A stretch of 64,000 nt of DNA from Kondoa subrosea (taxonomy: Eukaryota): the NCBI GenBank assembly GCA_039545335.1, contig BCIN01000002.1, positions 310,001-374,000 of the forward strand, read 5' to 3'. Under the pieces are notes generated by a model. It was not told the origin of the DNA. It ran no database searches and worked only from the letters and a program-made list of their open reading frames with translations. This document shows positions 13,184 through 25,463 of this stretch, piece by piece. Each line of letters opens with the position of its first letter. The first letter of the stretch is position 1. The position numbers were made by a program, and so were the translations under genes.

Positions 13184-15133
13184 TTATGACAAGGCCTGCA
13201 TCACTGTTTTCCTCAAAAGGAACTCATCCAATTCACTCAACCCTTTCCCACTCAGTTTCTTATCAAAGAATTCCAAAAACCATTCCGGATGTTGAAACCT
13301 CAGTAATTGAGAGTGACTAGTCAAACCATGTTCTTTCAACAAAGTAGCGCAACTGGTTCCTAATCCTGCAGATTGGTTGTTTAACCAGGTTTCCAAAGTG
13401 ATGGAATTGGCGAAATCGGTTAGAGCTTGATATTGTTTAGCAGAAGAAACGGATTCCAAGGAAGAAGATCTTGATCGAGGTCGTTTAGCTGGAGAGACGT
13501 GATGATGATGAGTAGTAGCAGAATGTATAGGTGCATCATTCAATTCGGCATCCAAGACGGAAAGTTCAGATTCGGATAGAGCCTCGTTGTAGATTCTTTT
13601 GGCTTCTCTTGCGGCTCGAGTCGGTCTTCCAGAGCCTCGAGGCGATGCTCCATTGGCATGTTGTGAAGTGGAAGCTCGAGGTGGAAGAAGTTGGTGAGCT
13701 ATTGCGTCGTCGGAAGGTGATATCTTTCTTTTCTTGCGGACAATGACTGGCGATGGAGTTCTTGTGAGCAGTCGAGGACCGGCGAATGACTGTTCCAATT
13801 CGCTCTAAGACTCAGAACGAAGTTCCTTCTACACAAGACAGACCTTTTCAACTAGCAAATGTAAAGCAGTCTTGAGCACGTGGAAAGGGTATGTCTTCAG
13901 AGCTTGATCGCTCTTGCGTGGAGCTGGGTTGGTGTACGTCAGGAGGAATTGATGTACGTGATCTCCTCGATTGAGCATAGCTGAGGGTAAAGATCGCAAA
14001 TGCGCTCGAAGTCTGTCCATGCAGGCGGATCAGATTACATCACATCGACGAGATGACACTCACTTTTTCATCAGATCCACATCTAATGTGACATCTACAA
14101 TTCGTTCCAGCAAACTCATGACATCCGTTGAAGTCACATAACATCCCGAAGGTTCATTTGCGGTTTTTGAGATGCAGCTAATGACTATATCGCCAACTTG
14201 ATATTCATGTGCAGGAAGAGGAGCGAAAGAGAGTTCAATAACATTATCAACCGGATTTCTGATAAACTTGATAATTCTTCTTCGAGCCAATTTTTCTTCT
14301 GGAGTCCAATCTCGCATCATACTGTCCAAATCTCCATTCAGTTGCAATTTCGCATCGGCTTGTTTGGCTGAAGTAGGGGTGAAGCCAGACATTCGAGGTA
14401 GACGAAGAGTGAGAGAAGGGGAAGGAAGATCTTCATGAACTCGAAGGATAGAAGGTGCGGCTGGGATTATAGCTGGAGCTTCGTCTATCAGTGACAAAGG
14501 CATGGATTGTTGAGTAGTTTCCATAAGTACTGAGTCTGGCATAACCATTCCAACTCCAGGTGGTAGAACAGTAGGTGAAGGTGTCGGTCGAATAACATCT
14601 CTAGGTGCTTGGATGATGACTGGAGGATCGAGAGGCGGTAGAGACTCGTTGGATGGTATAGTATTCGAAGGAATGAAGATATTTTGGCTCGGCCCCTGAA
14701 TTGCTGATGGCATGGAAAGCATGTTTTCAGCTGTCTTCGGCCTCGATATAGGTGTTTGATCCGTCTGAGAAGGCTGCGTGACGGTAGGAGACACAGTCGG
14801 GGCAGTATGATGCTTCTCTTCGGTTGATTGGAATGTATGATTTTTGACAGGTCTTGCAGGCGGATCCGCTACCACAGGAGGAGGATCTTTCCTGTCGAGC
14901 TTTTGCTGCGGCTGAGATGGGCCGGCTGTGGGTGCTAGTGAAGGAGCCTTGACTTGAGGTCGAGCAACTTCTACTGGAATTGGAACTTGTTGTGGTGTCT
15001 GCTTAGGCAAGGCTGGAGACAAAGTCGTGAGCCCTGGAATCTCGAAGTCGTCATCTTCTGGCCAGCCTAGCATCTTTCGAGGCCGGTTCTGATCTGCTAA
15101 TCTCGGCTGTTTTGAGAAAGCAGACCAATCCAA
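13184..15133 (-). CDS. Medusa/MedA-like (DUF7082) domain protein with Pro-rich N-region and a SAM-like C-terminus; 5' end unresolved
   Basis: KLQLNGDLDSMMRDWTPEEKLARRRIIKF...IVISCI...CYVTSTDVMSLLE...K/LRAHL...YTNPAPRKSDQALKTYPF matches the MedA core pattern as I recall it (GDLDSM..W..EE...RRR, ISCI, VTSVD, NPKPR). An acceptor at ~15134 implies an upstream exon that I could not identify. Confidence 0.7.
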
Positions 15134-15588
15134 CTGCTCAGGATGTTGAAGTCAGACTATGCTATTGTCTACATATCATAAGCCACTATGAACTAATCTC
15201 TCTCGTCCTCTTCGAAAGCAGCTTCTTCGAGGACTGTGCTAGAGAGACATTCTTTGATGCGCTACATGTGATTCATGTTGTACATGAACGAGTAGGGGGA
15301 GAAGGATAGCCAAGAACTATAACAGGTCAAGCTGCTTGCACAATTGCAATGAAAGGACTTATTATGTACAAGATTTTCTAGCAACTACCTCTTGAATCCA
15401 TGCCGAATGATAGCGACACCCAAGTATTCCTTATCAATGAATGACTCATTGACTCCATAGTAAAGACGACTGCAAAGTTCTAGCAAATTGTTGCTTAGAT
15501 CGTTTGCCTTTTGAGCAGAAAGCAGATCCGCTTGAGCATTTACGAATTGCTGAACAGCTTTCTGGTGAGCAGGAAGATACGACAGAGC

Positions 15589-16360
15589 CTAGAAGCAGTG
15601 AATGAGGCGATAGATCGTTTTGGATCTAAGGTTAAACTTACTACTACGCGATGCACCAACAACTTGTTTTCCGCTCTTTGTCTTTCCGCTTCTTTTGCGC
15701 CTATGGATAGCCCAACTATCAATTTGCTGTCTTCTAGTCTTCACGAAGTCTTGAAACGACTTCATGTTGCTTTCCTTCGCAAGTGAAAATATGATATGTC
15801 GATCGGTTTGATCGACCCAGGTCTGCAATTCTGTTCTTCGTCTTTCGAGATCTGTGTTGAGATAGGAGCAAGGAGGACATATATTTCGCTGATGAGAAAC
15901 AGTAACTGAGTCGAGAAATCGGAGAAAGGAAGAGAGATTGACAAACCTCGCTTCGCTGATAATTGGTTATACAAGCTGTGCAGAAACAATGGCCACAAGC
16001 AAGAAGCTTCGGCGCGAAGAGTAAATGCTGGCAGATTGTACACAGCAGACCGTTGAGATTGATCGGGCCAGAACACATTTGCTGAATTTCGCCAATGTGA
16101 ACGGCTGCAATAAAAAGTGAGGAAACCGGAGGATCTTTTGAATCTGTGATTCAAAGGAATAGCAAGATCAGTGCCTTCCGTATCAATCACATTTTTGTTT
16201 GTTTGTTTTTCTTTTTTGTTGTGGTACTGGAGCTGGAGCTGGTGCCCGTGCTGGTGCTCATGCTGGAGCTGGGCTTCGGACCATACAGCACATGGCCATT
16301 AGAAGAGAGGCAGCAAGTCCAGAAACAATTTTCAGGCAGAACGGAACAAATCGAGGACAT
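15589..16360 (-). CDS. C3HC4 RING-finger protein; start uncertain
   Basis: CTIC...LACGHCFCTAC (exon ending ~15950) is spliced to RNICPPC, completing a RING-HC pattern; basic C-terminal tail. Confidence 0.65.
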
Positions 16361-16656
16361 TACATCGTCGGGTATAGGAGAGGCTCAAGACCTGATGTAC
16401 GCGAGCATAAGCAGGGAGGTGTGAGCGATGAAAGATCAGCAGAGCTGTCAGTAGTTTTCGGCCAATGTTCGATCTGACGGAAGTAAATACTGAGAGGAGC
16501 ATTGAAGCAGTGCAGCGTCCAACTGATCAATGTACGTGTGTTCTACGATGTTGGAGCGGCATCGTACAAGCGAAGGTCATGGTAGAGAGCGAGCTTTCAG
16601 ATAATTTTCGACACGATGACTTCGTTGCCTACAGCCACTCATAGCCTTCTGGCAAG

Positions 16657-17715
16657 ATGTCAGCAGGAGGCTCAGGCGGTAGTCTCCGATTCAAGCATTC
16701 CTCTTCCTCGAAACCCAGCAAATCTCGCAAGAAACGGCGCAAGCTATCACCTTACCATTCTGACGATGCTGCTCCAGCTACTTCTACAAGTCGAATCTCA
16801 CCTGAACCTTGTATCAATCCTGAACCTATCACACCACCTCGAAATGGGAAAGCTAGGAAAGTGGACGAATACTGCTTTGATTTCGCTGGTTACGACATGA
16901 ATACTTTGGATCAAGCTGAAGCGTATGACTATGAAGACAAGGATACATTCAAAGAGAAGTTATTCGATGCTATGAGGGAAGATGAAGGGTTGGATGCATG
17001 GGAATCGCACTATTCTTCAGCCGTACCTAAACGATGGCAAAGGACTGGTGGATCTGGGTTGTATGTTGAAGAAGAAAGATCAACCAGGAATGGGCATGTC
17101 AGTCAAAGAATCATTAATCAAGACGGCGTCGTTCTTACCCAAGTCCTGCTCAATCAGCTACAAGGTATGGATGACGAAGAGTATGCCGAACATATACGGA
17201 CTGGCATGTGGAGAAGGACTCACAAGGAAGAGATAGCTAGACAAGAAGAACTCAAGAAGCAGCAAGAGGAAAAAGAAAGGAAAGCCAAAGAAGATAGAGA
17301 AAGGCGGATCCGAGAAGATGCGGAAAAGAAACGATTGGCTGAAGAAAGAGCGAAAGCCAGAACGGAGTCTGCTTCAAGACAAACTAGAGAAACTTACGCT
17401 CAAGCTTGGGAAAAACTGGCTTCTTCGTTACCTGATGCTGTTCTGTCTGAAAACGACATTCCTTGGCCTATTGATCGGACTTCTGCTTCCGTTGACGCGA
17501 GCTCAATAGCTACCTTCCTCTTATCTCATATTCCGTTTGACGACGTTCGAAGAAGGAAACAAACACTTCGTACAGCAGTACTGGCGTACCATCCAGATCG
17601 ATTTGATCGCTACGTCAATAAAGTACCGGAAGCTAAAGAGCAGCGCAAGAGAGTGAGAGAGATGGGCTTGAGAATCAGTCAGATATTGAACGACCTATTG
17701 GTAACTATGCATTAA
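16657..17715 (+). CDS. NFKBIL1-like nuclear protein (coiled coil plus C-terminal IPWP...HPD J-like domain)
   Basis: 352-aa ORF: basic N-terminus, FKEKLFDAMREDEG, MDDEEYAEHIRTGMWRR, charged coiled coil, DIPWP, LAYHPDRF. Confidence 0.75.
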   Translation: MSAGGSGGSLRFKHSSSSKPSKSRKKRRKLSPYHSDDAAPATSTSRISPEPCINPEPITPPRNGKARKVDEYCFDFAGYDMNTLDQAEAYDYEDKDTFKEKLFDAMREDEGLDAWESHYSSAVPKRWQRTGGSGLYVEEERSTRNGHVSQRIINQDGVVLTQVLLNQLQGMDDEEYAEHIRTGMWRRTHKEEIARQEELKKQQEEKERKAKEDRERRIREDAEKKRLAEERAKARTESASRQTRETYAQAWEKLASSLPDAVLSENDIPWPIDRTSASVDASSIATFLLSHIPFDDVRRRKQTLRTAVLAYHPDRFDRYVNKVPEAKEQRKRVREMGLRISQILNDLLVTMH

Positions 17716-17800
17716 TGATGTACAATCGGGAAAGTGTACAATTTAATTATACAATATCTAGATGGAGGGTTATGTAGATGTAACATTCATAAGTTAGATG

Positions 17801-19599
17801 CTAGATAGACAACTGTAATCGTTTACGTATTTCTTTGCCAATAGCGACTCGTTCAGCTCGTGCACCACTTGATTTGCCTTTACCAGGTTGTAAAATCGCT
17901 TTGTTTTCTTGCGCTCGCCGTATCAGGTATGGTAGAACTTGATCGATCGCTCCCCAAGGTACATATTTGACTATGCAAGGCAGATTTTCTCCTTCATCGT
18001 GAGCGATGAGATCGAGAAGAGTTCCGGTAAGGGAATCAGCCATGCCTATTCTACATCAGTTGCGAACAATGTAGCGTAAAAGATGATCTCACCCAGTAGT
18101 TGACCATAAGTAATCCTCTTCCTAAGCTCATGACCAATGTTCACTTTCCCCTCTTCGATTTTGACCAACTTCTTTTTGACCAAGTCCTTCATTGTAACCT
18201 TGACACTCTCGATATTATGACTAGCAAACATGACCGCCGTCTTCTCGTTGCCTTCTTCTAAATCTCGAGCTATTGCGTCGATCATAACTTGAGCACAATG
18301 GTTGAAATTCCGATCGGTTTCCTTCTTATCCGGATGAATAGGACTTGCTTTGCCATTGGATTGAGCGAAAGATCTTTCAGAGTCCATATAGGCTCCTCGA
18401 ACTAGTTTAGCGCCAAAAGCGAAACCTTCCACCTTTGCTTGCATTAGTGAAGCTTGAAGATGTGGAAAAGAGGAAATGAGATAAGTCTGAATAGTGTTGA
18501 AAACGATTGGATGTGTTGTATTAATCTCTCTGGCAAGTAAGTAGTAATAGCGATCGATTGCTGGTTGATAATACTGATTCAATCGGGTAAGTACTACTTA
18601 GAACGAAGGGAAAATCGACACACTGTCTGTTCAGCATCAATATCTATTCGTACACCAGCTTCTTTGGCTTGCAGGCAAATGGCTTTGAGGTTGTCATGGA
18701 GTTCTGACAGAGCACTTTCATCTTGTTCTGATAATTCCGGCGAAGGAGGAAAGAGTTGAGAAGAAGGTAAAGGACCACCACGTTGATATTCGGATGACGA
18801 GAGCAATGCGTTGGTGGCACGTTGCAGAACAGAGGGGTCTTTGAGCAATCCAGTCAACTTGATAGCGCACCAAGTAGGTTTGAGATCGCTTGTCTTTGAC
18901 GCAAGAGGAAAGTTGCCTGCTATACTAATTGCATTGGAAGTCCTCTTAATGATCTCTTGATGCAGATATTGGCCATCACCCGATTCGCTGCCTTCTGCGG
19001 CTTCGACTGAGTAATTCAACAGAGACCCACAACCCTGCTCTAAGAGGGATCCCATGAGTGTTTGAGCTTCATCTACTGTTTCTCCGCCAACAAAGACACT
19101 AGAAGACGTAGGTGAGCAAGCGACTTGGGCAGAAATCAATCTGGGCTTACGGAAAGAAGGTGTGTCTCACGACGAAGCGAAATATGCCAAAAGCCAAAGG
19201 TCCAATGACAGGTACACTCTCTCTTAAGGAAGCCAGAGAGGACTCCAGGCTCGGAGCAAGGTCGACCAAGAAGGCGGACTCGCTGAATCGAAACACGAAA
19301 TAAGAGCGCAACAATTCACTGATTGATTTCTTTGCTAGATGAGTTGTTGTGGTGGCCAGATACTTCGCTGAAAGAATAGAAAGAGGATCTTGCACATTAT
19401 GAACTTCATACACCGGATCCTCTTCGCTCGCTTCATTGACCAGGAAGGCAGAAGTACAGGCTACGAGGACAACCGAGGCTAGCACAGGTCGAGATAGACG
19501 CGAAGGAGCACGAGAGTTGCTGGCCAAGCGTCGAGAGCCATGGTAGCAAGCTGCTCGAATTGGCCCAGATTGTCTGAAGAATATGCCTCGAGAGATCAT
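17801..19599 (-). CDS. PUT1: Mitochondrial proline dehydrogenase (proline oxidase)
   Basis: Arg/Ser-rich presequence; FVGGET, LNYSVE, AIKLTGL, IDAEQT, NTIQTYL, GAKLVRGAYM, FASHN, GQLLGMAD, KYVPWG, PYLIRRAQEN. Confidence 0.95.
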
Positions 19600-19727
19600 C
19601 AGGCAGCTAGTCAAGCAAGAGCTGCTTATCTAGACATGGTATACAGGAGCACAGCATCGACAGAAGGTCTACTTTGATGGCGGTTTCCCGTCTACCTTCC
19701 TTACAGCTATGTTCAGCTGAGATTTCT

Positions 19728-19738
19728 GATTACGTAAT
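19728..19738. promoter_or_regulatory. Palindromic bZIP-type element (G)ATTACGTAAT upstream of PUT1
   Basis: gattacgtaat lies ~130 bp upstream of the PUT1 ATG. TTACGTAA is the Pap1/PAR-C/EBP-class bZIP site. Confidence 0.4.
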
Positions 19739-19985
19739 ATGTCTCTTCCTCTTGATATCTTCTAACAGAGTCTATACTGAGCTGTTTCGGCGCAAGTGCA
19801 GCCAGGCCGGAGCCAGCCAAACTCACAGGTCTCCTTCAGTGGCACGAAAAAGGTGAGGGCCGGCGCGTCGCATAATTTTGCTAAAGTGCATTTCACTCTC
19901 ATCGACGACGCTCCGTCAAAGCACCCGTGGGCTTTCGCCTCATTCCTCGTGCAAGCACACTCATATAGTTGAGCAGCCGAGTACC

Positions 19986-20904
19986 ATGGAGTCGCAGCCT
20001 CTTTTACCCAACGACAAGAATGCTGCTTTACGGCAAGCTCAGAAATGGGCCTATCTGTGGTTTTCTGCCTCTATCTTGCTTTCCACGACTCTGCAACTTC
20101 TAGATCATTGTCTGCCGACTTGGCAAAGCCTTGCGTTTGGAAACGTCAGCGTTAAAGGCTGCCTAGGATTGCTTGTGTACTACCTGAATGGTCAGAGCAC
20201 AGCTGTGAGTCTAAGGAAGGATATAGAATAGGCCAAATGTGATGCTATGCGACAGTCAGCGGTAGAAGAGAGCTTATGTGCAGGCGAAGTCAATGTAGCT
20301 GCTACGGCGAAACAGTCTGACTCGGAGACAGCAGAAGCTGTGCGTATCATTTTCTTCTCATCACTAGCGCATGACCTTACTGTATACTCTGGCAGCGCAC
20401 TGTCGGTACAAAGCAGCAGCTCTTTCAGCCCATAGTGGTAGTGGCGTACGAAGCCAGGAGTGCTGTGCAAGATTTGCAAGGTGAGCATATGTTGAGTTAG
20501 CATATAGCTATATAGTACTGATCTTGAATTGGGCAATGCAAGGTGAGCAGATGTTCAAGACAGGACACAACTTTGCTGACATCGAATCAATAATAGCCAT
20601 CCGAGCAAGCGAACAGCCGGATCACTTGCGTTGGGCCTCCTTACGGTTTAATGTCACCGCTTGTTTCCGCGACTTGCTGGTCATCTTCAGCTCTTTTTTA
20701 TCTTTCGCTACGCAGATTCAAGCCACACCAACATTCCAGTTGAATGAAGCTGCCTATATTCTCATTACCGTAAACAATGCGATCATCACACCTCTCGCTC
20801 TGCTGTTTGCTAAGCAAGAGACAGAATTGATAAGGCGACACCCAACAACTATAACAGAGGGTGTTCAAGCTTGGCTTCAAGCGAGGGTTTTCAGCTATAT
20901 GTGA
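19986..20904 (+). CDS. Hypothetical multi-pass membrane protein; internal exons unresolved
   Basis: ATG 19986 MESQPLLP followed by a hydrophobic segment; donor GTGAGT ~20205; last exon has two hydrophobic stretches and ends at 20904. Confidence 0.45.
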
Positions 20905-21026
20905 CGTGCGCCAATAATCTGGGAAATTGGAGGAACCAGGTATTCAGAGTTTGCTCATTCTGGTCTTTCCCCTTCATAGTGATGTATACCCTGCATATTT
21001 GCTTGCATTGATGGTAGCAAGTTTTG

Positions 21027-21038
21027 GATTACGTAATC
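21027..21038. promoter_or_regulatory. Perfect 12-bp palindrome GATTACGTAATC upstream of MSE1
   Basis: Read directly, ~50 bp upstream of the ATG at 21088. Confidence 0.4.
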
Positions 21039-21081
21039 TGCTCATGCAAGTTTTACGAGAGAATTGTTCGAGCAAGGTTGA

Positions 21082-23272
<2,191 letters not shown>

Positions 23273-23388
23273 TGAAATCACTCCCAGCGTGTGTAATGAT
23301 TAATACAAACACAAAGTATCTATGTATATACAAAGAGGGAGATCCGCGAAGGGGAAAAAGGGGGTAAAACGAATATAATACAAACAAC

Positions 23389-24683
23389 CTAATAAGCAGA
23401 TTTCTGCGGAGGATAACCATACCGACTTCCACCACCTCCATAAGATTGATGATCATCTTCCATGTTGTCCAGTAACGGTTCTTTCACTGACCAAACTCCA
23501 ACTTTTGATCCGACTGAAAATTCCAGATCTTCCTTTGTGATCGAATCCCAATCTGGATACACGCGATTAGTAGGACATATGTATTCATTGGCAAAAACAA
23601 ACATTTGTAGACCATCATGACCGCCAGAAGCAAACACAATTCGAAGACTATCATCTTTCGTTAAGCCAGACTTCCGCTTTCGGTGGATACAAGAGCTTAC
23701 AGAAGATGCTGTCCAAGTAGTGCTTGACCGCATCGCAAATCTCCGCTCCAAAGCCATACAGAATCACTTGACCAATAGCAAAGAAAGCAGTACCGAATAG
23801 AATATCGCCAATTGGCCATCTATCGTCCAAAGTTCTTACGACCAGTATCAATTGCGCTACGATATAAACTAGGACGCAAATGAAGTCGAAAATGTACATG
23901 TTGACCCATAATGCTGCTGGTTTTGATGGCGAAAAGGAAGCGATGCCTTTGAAAGTCGCTACAGAGATGAAGAAGGAAATACCGAAGATGGCTAGTGATG
24001 ATAATCGGAGACCCTACACAGGGAAAGACGTTTCAGCTTGCTTCGTAATCTAAGGGAAGTAAACGCACCCAAAGCGAAAGAGGAGTTCCGTCTTCTGCCC
24101 ATTGAAATCCGACAAATCCGTTCAATAGCAAGCACCAGTACGTCGCCGATACCAATCCCGTATAAACCGCCGCGAACCACTGTCTTACAATGGGTCCTGG
24201 TTCAGCGTACTTGGGAGAATTGACTGACCAAATACACTGGTGAACTCGTCGGTATTATCCCACTGTCCAAGAAGATAGCTAGTAGCTGAACGACAGCATA
24301 CATGTAGAAGAAGGTGATGATTTCTTTCCGCCCTACTGCAGTATACCTGGTTATTCAGGATTGTTGAGCACGGTTCTTTGGCTTGTTAAATCATGGACTT
24401 ACTTTGATCGAATGTGAAAGACCATAATGATGACCATTATGATAGCGACAATATGAAGGAAAGCAGCCGCTACAAACAAGCAAAACGTGTTTCAGTGCCC
24501 AAGATCTGCAACCATCTCGCGACTTGACGAGAGCTGACCTGGTTGAAAGATGATTGTTCCTGCTATTTCAATATTCCGAGAGTAACAAGATGGTTGAATT
24601 CCATTGTCCCCTCCCAGCAAAGGACAGACAATCAAAGCAGCCGTGTCGCAAATCGCATCAAACTTGAAGAATTCGAAGCCCAT
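23389..24683 (-). CDS. CHS7: Chitin synthase III export chaperone
   Basis: [22 protein letters not shown]...[56 protein letters not shown]. Confidence 0.93.
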
Positions 24684-25463
24684 TTCTTCTCCTTCACACG
24701 CGCGCCCTGATATTCAAGGACTGTGGGTATGGTCAGAGACCTGGTATATAGCCTGACTTCAGAGGCTTGAGGCAAAAGTGAACGGTTTGTGGAAAACAGA
24801 CTCAGTCCCCTTTGACACTAACTTCCAATGAGTCTTCGTCTTTAGGTGTAAGGTGCTGCCGCGACTGCCTGTGACTGCCTTATAAACTCGTTCCGTTCTG
24901 TGCTTGCGCCTGAGTCCTATGGTATGTAAAACGTTTGACCTGGTCGTAATACAGTCTGCCTCTACAATTGTGGTCCGTTGTTAAGCCCAGCGTCTCGTCT
25001 CAGAGCAGATCCACGGCTCAGAAGGCGCGGTCCTGCAAGGCTGTGCTTTTTGCTGAACTTCTGCTGAGTCTTTCCTACCGTAGCTCTGTCAGCGTACTGT
25101 TGCTCTCCTTATTAGTGATCGTTTAAGCCAATGTCTGAGGCAATGGACTCTCAGTTTAGAGGAACTATCCCTTTGTTTTCCAAATGTTCTTGAAACTCAT
25201 CTCGATTCAGGTTTTGCTCTCTTCTCTTCTCTCTCTTACCACCTCTCTTCTTGTTTCTTATTCCTCCTCCTTCTCTTCTTCTCGTAGCAGACATCTATCA
25301 GACAGGATCAGCTTCAGGTTAGTTAGCTCATGCCGATCGTGCTGTCCATTAGTCTTCTGTCTATAGCTAACAAGTCTTCCTCTTAGATCAACTTGACTAT
25401 AAATGTAAGCTGCAACCCTTCTTCGCGAAATCTTTAGTAACTTTTCTTAGCATTCAAATTCCA

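Noticed and set aside
16228..16272. Short GCTGGA/GCTGGT hexamer-like repeats
   Set aside because: Simple low-complexity Ser/Thr-coding sequence near the RING gene 5' region.
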